From Macrostomum lignano (taxonomy: Eukaryota), in assembly GCA_002269645.1 (NCBI GenBank), contig NIVC01004168.1, forward strand, positions 1-57,101: a DNA stretch of 57,101 bases, read 5' to 3'. A program made the position numbers and the translations under genes. The notes under the pieces are model-generated. The model was not told the origin of the DNA, made no database searches, and worked only from the letters and a program-made list of their open reading frames with translations. This document shows, one piece after another, positions 1-18,595 of this stretch. Numbering within the stretch: the stretch's first letter is position 1; every line of letters begins with the position of its first letter.

Positions 1-3000
1 TCGAACTTTCTGCTTAGCGACGACTTCGAGCCGCAACGGTCGCTTGGGCATCGATGGACGGCTGCGCGCTGGAGATCGTGCACCAATGGAGCTCATGAGG
101 TGCCAGCTGGCTTCGTGGAGGTGCCTAGCGATTGCGTTGATCATCTGGTCAGGGAGAGGCTGCTTCGAGAGCTGGCTAGATCGAAGAATCACACTGTGGT
201 GTACGTTATCGACAGTCAGAAGGGATTTTGCAATCAGGTGAGTTTTCTGGGATTCTTGTCCATTTTAAATTGATGCTTTAGGTGTATATTGGCAATCCGC
301 TGGCTTCCGCTGGGTGATGACATTCATCGAGGCCTTTACTGTATAATCCGAAGAAATTCAAGCTTGGTTATAGTGCTATAGTATATAGTGCTTGGTTTTC
401 TGTGGGCAAAATAACCGCGCTAAAACGAGTTTTGTTGCGTGGATCTCAGATACTTGGAATCCAAACTTTTTTCTATACGAAACACTTCCCAGGACCGAGA
501 ATTCCTGTTATTCCTTCGGGCTAATCGACCAGAGGATCGAGTCATCTACATAGTAAACAAAGTCGACTACGATCCAGAAGCCGAGTTCATGGACTGCAAC
601 ACGGATGATGAAGATTCGAACGACGAAGATGAGCAATCCGACGAGATCTGCTCGGTGCATCGCAGCGGCGAGGAGACTCAGCAGCGGAAACTTCGTCTGG
701 TGAATGACCAACTTCTGCGCTACAGGCTGGTGGATCCACAATCCGGTGTCGACGGTCGAGCTCGAAGCGTCTTCCCGATTTCTTTGATTCGTCTCCGTGT
801 ACCCCTGACCGCTTCTGGCTCTAAAAGTCTAGTGCACAGGCTGAACAGGCAGTACCGAGTTCAGTACGGCGAGCTGCAGGAGGCTCTGTTCTCCAGCCTG
901 TTGGAGACGAGCAGTGCAGGCGTCGACGGCGCTATCGGGCTGTTGTTCCTCAAGGCCTCGTTGGCTTTCGATGCTTTTGCTAGGGACCCAGCTAAGGAGG
1001 AAGCGGAGTCCAGAGGACCTGCGGCCAAGGATTTGGTCCGAATTGCGGTGTCCGAGGCGAGGGACGCCATCGAGCAGCTGAAGAGGAAGCTGAAGAACGA
1101 CATAACAAAGCTGCATCAGGTAATACATTCGTTTTTGATATTTCCTAATTTTAAGACCTGGTTTGTTTTGTACATGACTTGTCCGTTGAATGAAACAACG
1201 TTGTTTTGGGGGTGACTTGTTGATAGCATATTCTGTCTCGGATGCCTACACACCGTATATTTATTTTAAGACAGAAACATCATTTTGGAGTTGAGCACAC
1301 CCTTTCTAAAGGTAAGCGAGTCTTGGAGAGGTCAGATATACATCCTTAACTTAGACAAAATCCCCTATAGTTCTTAAGGTTAACAGACTCTACATAAGGT
1401 GGGCACCATTTAATCCAGCAGAAAAGGTTTGCAATCCCATCAACAATCCACTCCTAATCGCAGGCCTGCGAAGAGTCGATCATCTCCGAATGCGGCAATC
1501 TGGAGTTCGGACCTCTCCGACTTCACAATCGCATTAGAAATAACGAAGTTGAACAACAGTACCGAACTCAGTTGCACAATTTCGCTCTCCATCTGCTCAA
1601 TAGCGAGGTGTCCTCAAGATTAGTGGATTGCTTAGCAAATCTCAGGTCCAGCCTGGCTCTGCTAATTGGCAAAATGCAGAGCCAGTTGACTAAAGAGTCC
1701 ACTGAGGCTGGCGGCTTCGTTGACAGTCAGTGGAACGAAGTGGTCAGGCTGCAGACTCAGGAGGCTCAGTGCGTGGCTGCCAGGATGGATCAGCTGTCCA
1801 TCGAGTGGGAGGGCGATTTCAAGTTTTTCACCTGGATGCGGAGACTGGTGGCCAAGAAAGGTCAAGCCAGTGGCGGAGCAGTCTTCAGCACCTCCGAGTG
1901 GAAGGTTTGTCAATTAGGTTAATTGTTTCGTTAAGCCTGTCAATCCCTTTCATATTGCTGAAAGATCTATCAACTTATATCGACATGTCAGAATATTTAA
2001 CTGTATCATGTAGCAGGATTATGTGCCATTGGGGATAGAACGAAGAGTCAAAAAGAGAGATAAATTGAGGAAGAATAGAATCAAGTTTCAGAAAGTAGAA
2101 TGAAATGTCAGATGATATAATTAATAATCAGACAGTAGACTAAAGTGTTAGAAGATGTGCAAAGTCAGAGAATCTGACGAATGAATGAAGGTTTTATAGA
2201 GTACAATGAATTTTCAGAGAGTAGTTAGAACGACGTTTCACAAAAAATAAGGACAAAAATTAAAGGACAGAATAAGATTTAGTGAACAAAGACTTTAGCC
2301 ATCTTCAAATTTGATTCACGCAGGAATCGGTGGCGAAGGACTTCTACCAGCATATCAACCTGTCTGCGGTAGTGAAGAAGTTCTTCGCTAATCTCGAAGC
2401 AAAACTGCTACAAACCGAGCGCCGTCTCCAAGGCCTGGCCGCATCAAGACAGCGCTGCGGCACTCGCCTTCGACGACTGCTTCGCAAAAATCATCCGGGC
2501 GCTTGCGCAGCCTGGCGCGCGGCCCAGCGTTGCCTGGCAACGGCTGATGCATTGCGCAACGCTCAACGCTTCGGCCTAGTCGATTTGGGAGAAGTCCTCT
2601 ACGACGGGCGTCTGGGATGTCAGCGGGCTTTGGTCAGAGAAGACTTCGGGGGCAGCTGCGTGCCGGGACTTCAAGCGGCAACGGTGCTTCGACCGGACGG
2701 TCATCTTGGTAGCATCTGCAGCTTGTACCTCGGTCAGCGACGACAAAGGCGCTGGCTGCTGCCTAATGAGTGGACTGTCGCTCCGATTTTGGTGTCACTA
2801 ACCAGAGAAGCCTGTCGAATGTGCGTTTTGCATAACGCTTACACTTGCTCGCTGGCGGATGCCTTGCAAAATGGCAAATACTCGAATAAGCAGGCTTTCT
2901 GGCTGTTGCAGAGTCTGCTTCAACTGTGCCAGATATGCGCAGCAGCGGCGGCCGCGGAGAGCGGAACCAACGGCGACGATGAAGGTGGCTGCGAGCAGTG

Positions 3001-4335
3001 CAGCTGGTTGACCTGCGACACTGTGCGGGTGAGTCACTATTTGGTCATTCACACTCCGAAATCATCTTCAAGTTCTTTCTGTTTTTTTTCAGCACGAGCT
3101 ATTCGTACTTACTCTGCTGTGATTTTCCGGGTTGTGTTTACTTTAGCTAAGATAAAATTTTCAGTATTAAGCCTCTACTGCTACAGCGTGTAAGAAAGTA
3201 GTATTATTAGGAAAAATAATTGTAATTTAAAAGAAAATTTCAAACTGTTTATCATCGGTACGGCTAAAAGAAAAAGCAGCACAGTTGTTTAACAACATAG
3301 CTGCTGTCTGTCAGGCTTCCATGTTCGGCCTGAATAATTTGAAGCTTGGCTTGAACCCCCAAAGCACAGATAGTGTACATTCCTGACGATTAGTATGTCT
3401 GGACCGCTGTACACCCCGTTTGAGCGCGTGAAAGATTGCGTGCCAGTGGTACATGTACATTATTGGGGCTCTTGCGTGTGCTCAAGAGTCAGCGGAGTGG
3501 ACAGAAATGCCATCAGCGCTGGTTGTGAGATGACTTTCGCAAGTGTTGCGCCAGGGTATCGAAAACCTTTCTGCAATTATTTTTTCCTAATTAAATACCT
3601 ATTCAACTAAAAACATTCCAGGTGCGATTCGAAACAGGCTTCGCCACGGCCATGATCGACTGCCTCGACGAGCCGCTTCAGGTGACGAGATCGAAAAAGC
3701 GCCAACAGCAACAGCAGCAGCAGCAACAGCCGCAACAGCACCAGCATGCGTTGCACCGCCCGCCTTTAGTAGCTCAACAGTCCGCCACTGTTCAGCACTC
3801 ACCATTCCGTCAGATCAAGGAAGCCTACAAGCGGTCTCGATCGGTAGACGCCCTCGGAGATGGACCGTCATCGGCTGGTGCGACGTCCGCTGTAGCGACA
3901 GAGCCGGGCATCGGGGTGGAGACTCCGTGGGAACGACGCGAACTGGATAACTTCCTGCTTCTGGCTCTGATGATTCTGTGTCGTCGAAGGTTGGACTACA
4001 TCGATGGGCAGTTAATTGACTGGTTCAGCGTGTCATCGTCTGGAATTTCGCAACAACAACAACAACATCAGCTAGTTTCTGAAGTAGCATTGCAAGAGCA
4101 TCAGGTCGGATCGCTTAGTGAGCTTCTCGCAGGCGTCGTGAAGGGTCAGGAGCGTTCGGGCCACAACTATTCGACGGCCCTGGTGATACCGGAGCCGTGG
4201 GAGACCGTCTCCAGGCTGCTTCTCGGTTGCTCTGACCAACAGGCGGAGACAGCAACTGCTGAGGCCGGTGAAAGTCGATGGGATCTGATTTCCGCCTTTA
4301 TTGAAAACGGGCTGAAGAATGAGCTGGCAAAGTAG
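1..4335 (+). CDS. DSTYK/RIPK5-like protein, 5'-partial: dynamin-like N-terminal region plus degenerate (pseudo)kinase domain. Exons 1-237, 493-1119, 1464-1904, 2324-3028, 3622-4335
   Basis: All four introns are GT-AG and phase 0, and the spliced frame is open to TAG at 4333-4335. It contains VVYVIDSQKGFCNQ|DREFLLFL..VIYIVNKVD (G4-like NKxD). EWKESVAKDFYQHINLSAVVKKF and LRRLLRKNH..LGEVLYDGRLG..DFGG align by eye with DSTYK EWKRKVAQEAIESLSASKLAKS and LRVRKDH..LGQELGRGQYG..NWGG. A small missed exon in 3029-3621 cannot be excluded. Confidence 0.72.
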
Positions 4336-4604
4336 ATCTCCTGTTGATGTTTAAGCGTTACTGCGACTGAAGAATATCGGTTGACTTTGGCTAAGTCATT
4401 TCAGTTTGGTCTCCGTTTGGTCTGGCCACTTCAACTACAAAGTAAACTTGAACTTATGTTTACTTTTTTATCATTCAATTGTTCTCAATATTTGCAACTT
4501 TTTACTCTTTTTTTCTGACCTTATCTGTGTTTAAAGCCCAAAAGAGTACCTAAACTACATTTCTGCTCTCTCTCCAACCGCTCTGCAACCTCTCTCCCGC
4601 CTGT

Positions 4605-4672
4605 ATCCAGTCTCTATCCAGCCTCTCTCCAGCCTCTCTCCAGCCTCTCTCCAGCCTCTCTCCAGCCTCTCC
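4605..4672. repeat. 11-bp tandem repeat (CCAGCCTCTCT), about 6 copies
   Basis: Direct reading of consecutive units. Confidence 0.85.
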
Positions 4673-4954
4673 CTAACCCAGTTGTAGTTTTGCAAAAGTG
4701 ATTTGCTCAATAAAAATGCTAATGCATCACATCAGTAAATTTCGTATTAATTAAACATAAGGTTCCAAAAACGTGTATGGAATTTATTTTGTACATTTTT
4801 ATCCACGATATATTATTGACTAATAAAGAATCAATCTACGAGCGTAATAATACTTCGTTAAAAATAAACTTCCCGAAAGTGTTCTTTTAACGTATCAGGA
4901 GATACTTCTGTTTAATAGAACTATTGGGCTCGTAGCACTTTAGATAACTACGGT

Positions 4955-5386
4955 CAAATCTGCTGTAGATCTACTGAGCTCTCAAGCTAGCTGTAAGATC
5001 CACTATCGAATCTGCTGTAGATCTACTGAGCTTTCGGGCTAGCTGTAAGATCTGCTATCGAATCTGCTGTAGGTCTACTGAGCTCTCGGGCTAGCTGTAA
5101 GATCTGCCATCAAATCTGCTGTAGGTCTACTGAGCTCTCAAGCTAGCTGTAAGATCTACTATCGAATCTGCTGTAGATCTACTGAGCTCTCGGGCTAGCT
5201 GTAAGATCTGCCATCAAATCTGCTGTAGGTCTACTGAGCTCTCGGGCTAGCTGTAAGATCTGCTATCGAATCTGCTGTAGATCTACTGAGCTCTCTGGCT
5301 AGCTGTAAGATCTGCTATCGAATCTGCTGTAGATCTACTGAGCTCTCTGGCTAGCTGTAAGATCTGCTATCGAATCTGCTGTAGAT
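4955..5386. repeat. 52-bp minisatellite, about 8 copies (AATCTGCTGTAGATCTACTGAGCTCTCGGGCTAGCTGTAAGATCTGCTATCG)
   Basis: AATCTGCTGTAG recurs at 5009 and 5061 and onward at 52-bp spacing. Confidence 0.92.
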
Positions 5387-5713
5387 ATTTTTTCAAGGAT
5401 GCTGTCATACTAACTGCTATAAAATTTCCAAATTCTGAGGGAATGCTTCTGATCGCTTACTATGCAGGCTCGACATTTTAGCCAGCCAACCAAATTGCAG
5501 CTCACCATAGGGGCCATTCAATCTTGTATCTCTTTGGAAACAAAAGCAAAAACCAATCGGCGGAACCAGCCAATGTTCTAGTAGTTGGTTTAGATAGCAA
5601 AAAGCTAATATCACTATTCTTACATGGCGGCAAGAGCCTCTTAATACTGCTTTGAATAGTTATAACAAACATTTTCCCAGATAAGGTTAAAGTTTCACAA
5701 TAGCCACAACGCC

Positions 5714-12399
<6,686 letters not shown>

Positions 12400-12596
12400 G
12401 TGTTTTGCTAGCTGTCTAGCGCACGACTCGGAATATTGGACTTGGAGAAATCCAACATTAACAATGTACATAGCAGTAATGTGTTGTTGAAGCCTCCTCC
12501 TCACTGACAGACATCTCGCATTCAGGCATTGGGACTTTGGTGTCGAAATGTTTAATACAAAGGTTTTGCTATTTGTATCTCATGAATCTCTGCTAT

Positions 12597-12602
12597 AATA
12601 AA
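12597..12602 (+). promoter_or_regulatory. Candidate polyadenylation signal for the Wnt gene
   Basis: AATAAA about 200 nt after the stop codon, followed by T-rich sequence. Confidence 0.4.
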
Positions 12603-12736
12603 ATTTGTTTATTGAATAATTCTGTCAACAATTCTACAATATTTATCTGTTGTTTTCTAAATGCTATTCGTCATTCAGCAGTTTAGCAGGAATGCCTGTG
12701 CCATTGTACGCCTGTGCCTCATCTGATGCACGTCTC

Positions 12737-12905
12737 CTTCCTCTCTTACCACTCTGCTCTCTCCTCTCGGCTCTCTCCTCTCTGCTCTCTCCTCTCTGCT
12801 CTCTCCACTCTCCTCTCTCCTCTCTTATTGCTCTATTCTTTGCTCTTCTCTATCAGCTTCTCTCTGTGCTGTGCTCTTCTCTCTCTCATCTCCGCACTGC
12901 TCTTC
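12737..12905. repeat. CT-rich low-complexity tract
   Basis: CTCTC/CTCTG-rich; produces spurious Leu/Ser ORFs. Confidence 0.85.
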
Positions 12906-14390
12906 TCTCAATCTCATCTGCCGTCTGTGCCTGGGTCCGCCGCTTTCTATAAGTTTCCATATTTTGATGCCCCCAGTGGCCGCTGTCACTCGATGTCGAA
13001 TGATATTCAGTCCGTCTGTCTGTCTGTGCAACTACGGCCTAAGAAGTTGGTTGTTTTTTGAAGGCACTCAACAAAAACGAACAATTACCTCTCGCAAAAG
13101 TTAATTTGTTTGATGCTCTGTTTGTCCTGCTTCATGCTTTGCTGCAATCGCAATGGCTCTAAGAACTGAAGTTTTATTAAAACCGTTCTTTTTCTCGATG
13201 CGTTCTAATAAAAGCATGAAAAGTTCTGTTTCATTTTTTTCTAGCAGAAAAACCGACTAACTTCCCGATAGTTGCCTGAGGAATTTGGAAAATGTCACGG
13301 ATGGAATAGATATTCGAGCAAAAGACAACTCGTCTAAAGTTCTCCACATAGACGAGTGCGCGACCCAATATTCGCCCAACTTAGGCGGTTTCGTCTGCAA
13401 TCGGCCACAAGTGGCCCTTGTGCCTCCAATATGGATGCATATGGGCAATAAAAATAGCGTTTGTGAAAATGTATTTCCCAAATTTTGCGCAATTTATCTT
13501 TAAATTGATTCGGTTTAAACTTTCAATTAATAACAATGAGATTTTCAACCATATTCTGAAATTGAAAAACTGAATATATTTACATGTTAAGTGTACTTTA
13601 AGTAGCAATGGTAGATAGTGACTGCTAGATTTGTTTTCTTTCGGCTGAGTTTTGGCATTGCTAAATGGGAGCGGAGCAGCTTGTTTGACGTTGAACAAGA
13701 CTATTATTGTGTACCTGCGTGTCAATCTCATGGACAACTGTAGCAGAAGAACCCGTAAAAGTGTTATCGTTTTAATCAGTGCATTTAGTAAACTAAAACT
13801 AACTTGATGGCAAAACCCGATTCAGCTCCCTCCGAAGATTCCTTAGTTGTCTATGGTAAAAACTTTGCAGGCTGCGGTGCTGATGCATAGCAGACCTTTC
13901 CTTGAAAGCTGTCAAATGGACTCCGTATTTTTTCTCAAACATGAAGCGGCCTGCAGGATTCTTTTAAAATTGTTCGTATCAAACTTCAAACCACTGTAAT
14001 AGCGTGTCATGATTTGCATATCCTGTCAAAGATGCACAGACGCTGACTACTTTGGCTCGACAACGATGTAGGGTCCTTCTACTCCTGTTTTCCATGGTCC
14101 ATCCTGTATTTAAAGCGCTCAAATTTAAGCATTTAATCGATCAAGTTGTACCACTCAAAGGGGTGCATAAAATTGGGATTTTGGTCCATAGGTCTTATAT
14201 TTCCTAGGATAGGCCACTTGCGGCAATAGGGAAAGTGCGACCGCTATTTTTCGTCACTTGTATGCCGACAAAAGCCGACATGATTTACTTAAATTTTGAG
14301 TTCAGTAGCTTCGGGACATAAAAGCTATTTTTGAATTTGATAGAACTTCCCATGAAGTATATAAAAAAGCTACTCAATCAAACTTAGAAT

Positions 14391-14490
14391 GATGCATGCA
14401 CTGCAGAGACTACTGACGAAATTGAGTTTAGTAGTTGATTTTCGCACTGTCGCGAGTTGCAAAATTTTTCACATTAGCTTCTATGGCCAC
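14391..14490 (+). repeat. Dispersed repeat of about 100 bp, copy 1 (related to 36091-36190)
   Basis: GACTACTGACGAAATTGAGTT..CTGTCGCGAGTTGC..TAGCTTCTATGGCCAC closely matches the copy at 36091. Confidence 0.75.
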
Positions 14491-15720
14491 ATAAGTGGTT
14501 AATGAGTGGCCGTCTCAGCAAGCATACATACAATCTCATATCTATGTTCGGTAGACCGTTCTGAGCCTCTCATATTCAAATATCCCCGTTTGGAGAGTCA
14601 TCAGATTGAGTACCTATAAATCCATCGTTTAAAGCCATCGTTTAACTCAAGATATAATGTATACTCGTAATTACATTAAGTCAAAAGATCGGTCACATGG
14701 GTGAAGACAGAGTCAGGCAGGGAGAAGGCCAAGGTTTCAGCCGTGAGACTGGGGGGTGAAGGTTGGGCATAAGCCAAGAGATGAGGAACGTTTTCTTTTT
14801 TTTCCCAGCTTCCTTCTGCAGCTTTGCCAGTTTCTAAGGAGAGAAATATTAAAGAGAAACACTGCAAGTGCAAGAAGTGGCGCTGCGCTGGAGATGGGGA
14901 GAGAGGCAGCTCGTGGCAGACTAAAAGGTATATGGACTGTGGCGTCTGGAGTCAAATAGAGAAGGCCTGGCCTAGGAGAAAGTGCGGGGGGTTGAGCTTA
15001 GTTTGAATTTAGTTCATCGATGTGTAAGAGAAGACAGCTTCAAATTTAGGATGAGGTTAAGCTCGCTATCTAAACGTATTTAGAATACGATGGTTCCTTC
15101 AGCCAGTTATAAGGCAATACAAGAAAAAAAAGTAAAGAAAACGAAGCCGCTTAATGGTAGACTCTGGAGTCTAGATTTAAGATCAAGTTGTCCATGGCTT
15201 AGTAGGGGTTTGGGATTAGAATCAAGGAGGGGAATGGCTGGGGGAGTGGGAGAACGGAGGATACAGTGCCCATTATATCGCACTCTGATTGGCTCTTCCA
15301 AGCAGTTAGTTTTCCAGACCTCAATTTTTTGGGCTTGGATTGAGGAATGAAAAACTGGGGTGGGTCGCTTGGAAGCATTGGCTGGATTTGCTGGGCTGCG
15401 CTTTCCAGGAGGGAGGGAATTTTGGACGAGATGTCAATGAGGCCTCAGCGGCGTGAGGCGGAGCGCTGTGGAGGCGTGTGAACCAAAAAGACTTTTTAGA
15501 CACATCAGCCAAGCCCAACAAGTCCCTCCATACAGCTGAGCAGATAGGCAGGATAGATAGATTCTCTTATTTACATCCCGATGCTGTGAGCAACTCCTTC
15601 CCTCATCTTAGAGCTCTTCCACTCCGCTTGTCTCAATGAAGACTTGCAACAACATTTAGCTTCAACCAGAATCATCGGCAGTGACATCCAACTAAGCTGC
15701 TGGGTAAAGGCCTAACGAGA

Positions 15721-16302
15721 ATGTCGGAATCAACGGTGATTCAACAGCAAAAGCAGCAGCAGCAGCAGCCGCCGCTGCAGAAGAACCAAGTAATGTCGGA
15801 CAGCACCCTAGTTGTGATTGTTTGCTCAATATTTGCCAGTCTGGTTGGCGCAATTTTCATTGTCTGCCTATTGAGAGCCGTCTGCAGAGACCTGCCGGCG
15901 CGTTTTAGAGCTTGGCGGCGCCGACGGCTGCTCGGACGAAAGCTGGCGCGACAGCAGGAGAGGCACCAGCCGGAGAGCAACGGGTTCATTGAGATGGACG
16001 ATGGGATCCGCGCCACTGCTGTATCCGTGCCGACCATTTCTGCTGCCAATGACCCGAACAGACTCGACGTTGACGACGGCTATAGCGTCGGTTTCATGCT
16101 GATGCACACCCGACAGGCCAGTGTCGACGTGTTGAACACTGTCGGTCTGAGTAGTCGCGCCGACGGCGACAGCTACAGCGACGAAGGGGGCGGCTGCGGC
16201 GGCGGTAGCGGCGGCGGTCCAGCCGGAGGCAGCAAACGCCATCGTAGAGGCCAGAGCTTGGGACCTCGAGGTCAACCAATTGATCGAGAGTACTTTGTGT
16301 AG
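15721..16302 (+). CDS. Intronless single-pass membrane protein (193 aa) with C-terminal class II PDZ-ligand-like motif EYFV
   Basis: ATG start with an in-frame upstream TGA; polyQ; hydrophobic helix LVVIVCSIFASLVGAIFIVCLL followed by basic RFRAWRRRRLLGRK; GC-rich coding-like composition against AT-rich flanks; ends REYFV-stop. Confidence 0.75.
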   Translation: MSESTVIQQQKQQQQQPPLQKNQVMSDSTLVVIVCSIFASLVGAIFIVCLLRAVCRDLPARFRAWRRRRLLGRKLARQQERHQPESNGFIEMDDGIRATAVSVPTISAANDPNRLDVDDGYSVGFMLMHTRQASVDVLNTVGLSSRADGDSYSDEGGGCGGGSGGGPAGGSKRHRRGQSLGPRGQPIDREYFV

Positions 16303-17149
16303 CTAACAAACTTAGCACAGGCTTTCAGAGCCCCGGTCAACTAAAGTAGAACAATCCTACATTTGAAAATGTTCAGGTGAGATACATAATAATTTATAGT
16401 GCTCAAGAATAGAAAATTTAAACCAGCTGTGAAATTCAAACGATATACCAGTGTAACTTCTACTTCATTTGTCCATGCTGAGAGTTCAATTGTCAGATTG
16501 TATTTATGTTAACAATTAATCATAGCCATACTCCTACGATTAACCTCAAGCATATGGTCGTGAGGCTCGAAAAATGGTGTCATTAATATTTGAAAATCAT
16601 TTCTGGTGCTCTTTTGATTTTGTCTCTCCAAGTTGTGTACATATTTTGCCTGAAGAAATTAGCAGTTTATGAAACTTGGTTCAAAAATGCTGTATGCCGA
16701 CGAGACTAAATGTATTTAGATATATTTGAGGTAATTTTGTGTTTTTTGAGATTGTTAAAGTGGATTTCTCGAAAAAATGATTTTTCTTTGCTGCCAATTT
16801 AATGCTCGAATGCTAGTTATTTGTAAGAAAAAATTGTCCAGTATATAGGTAACGATTCAAAACCTTTTGTATTACCCACGGTAACTGTCTAGTTAAATCA
16901 AATTTATTCATCAAAATTCATTCTTTCCGTGTCCAGTCAGTTGTATAATGCCGCATTTTCCTTTCGAAAAATAGAACTTGTTTATGTGACCGCTTGTGAA
17001 TGTAAAATACGACGATTGGACTATTATTTTTAAATGGATTTTAGGTGCAACGTCCTTTGACGTATTGGTTTGGTGACAGGTCATTTTGATGACGAATCAT
17101 TTTGGAGACGTGTTTTTTAGTGATCAGTGACTGGTGACATTGAAAAAGT

Positions 17150-17320
17150 GTCATTTTATTGACGATTCGATTTAGTGACGTTTCGTTTTAAGTGACATTC
17201 CGAGTTAGTGACGTTTCGTTTTAAGTGACATTCCGAGTTAGTGACGTCTCGATTTAGTGTCAGTGACGTTCGATTTAGTGACTTGTCATATTAGTGACGG
17301 CATTTTTGTGACGTGTCACT
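17150..17320. repeat. Degenerate TTAGTGACG-core repeat (16-17-bp subunits, partly a 33-bp dimer)
   Basis: TTAGTGACGTTTCGTTTTAAGTGACATTCCGAG is repeated twice with flanking partial copies. Confidence 0.7.
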
Positions 17321-17782
17321 ATGGTAGTTTTGTAGAAAAGTATTTCAGCATCGCAGTCGAGCTTTATAACAGAACTTAGCAATATGTAGCTTCACTTTTG
17401 ATCAGTCGATTTTTTTGTCTGATTAAAAGGCTGGCAATATAAAATGACAGACAGGATTTGCAGAGGGCCGCCGAGCCGCAAAGGCGGCAACTGATAAGAA
17501 CAAGAAGGGTTGGAGTGGGCCTTCATGCTGCTGCTTTATTATCCCACAAGAAATAAAAAATGATTGCTTTGTGGTGCAAAAGCCAACTGCAGGTGTATTT
17601 TTATACACGCAGCTGACTCTCGATAAGCGAGAATCATAAAAAATAGCTCGTAGAGGCAGATTTCCGATGGACTGAAGTCTTTCAAGTCTGCGGCTTCATC
17701 CAGGATTCTTATTATTTTGACTGGGCCCTCATTTTTTAGCATGCGATTTTTCAGTCCCATTCCTAAACTCTATTGCTCTTGA

Positions 17783-18595
17783 CTTCACCCCTCCCACTCT
17801 CAACCTCACCCCTCCCACTCTCAACCTCACCCCTCCCACTCTCAACCTCACCCCTCCCACTCTCAACCTCACCCCTCCCACTCTCAACCTCACCCCTCCC
17901 ACTCTCAACCTCACCCCTCCCACTCTCAATCTCACCCCTCTCACTCTCAATCTCACCCCTCTCACTCTCAATCTCACCCCTCTCACTCTCAATCTCACCC
18001 CTCCCACTCTCAACCTCACCCCTCCCACTCTCAACCTCACCCCTCCCACTCTCAATTTCGCCCTCTTTATTTTCAGTCTCTCCTCTTTCCTTCTCATCTA
18101 ACCCCTCTCTTTCAATCTCACCCTCTCATTCTCCCTCTCTTCTCTTTTACTGTCAATCTCACCCCTCAATCTCAATCTCACCCCTCTCACTCTCAATCTC
18201 ACCCCTCTCACTCTCAATCTCACCCCTCAATCTCAATCTCACCCCCTCAATCTCAATCTCACCCCCTCAATCTCAATCGCACCCTCTCAATCTCAATCTC
18301 ACCCCCTCAATCTCAATCTCACCCCTCTCACTCTCAATCTCACCCCTCTCACTCTCAATCTCACACCCTCAATCTCAATCTCACCCCTCTCACTCTCAAT
18401 CTCACCCCTCTCACTCTCAATCTCACCCCCTCAATCTCAATCGCACCCTCTCAATCTCAATCTCACCCCCTCAATCTCAATCTCACCCCTCTCACTCTCA
18501 ATCTCACACCCTCAATCTCAATCTCACCCCTCTCACTCTCAATCTCACCCCTCTCAATCTCAATCTCACCTCTCTCACTCTCAACCTCACCCACT
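17783..18595. repeat. C-rich 21-bp minisatellite (CTCACCCCTCCCACTCTCAAC) grading into CTCACCCCTCTCACTCTCAAT and TCAATC variants
   Basis: Direct reading; explains the LSTSPLP and LRVGGVR repeat ORFs. Confidence 0.93.

Noticed and set aside
439-492. GTG-initiated N-terminus of the 258-aa ORF (similarly the non-ATG starts at 1572, 2330, 3622, 9769, 10701, 12085 and 49735)
   Set aside because: These are internal exons; the ORF-finder starts fall in introns or mid-exon, and the true boundaries are the AG acceptors given in the features.
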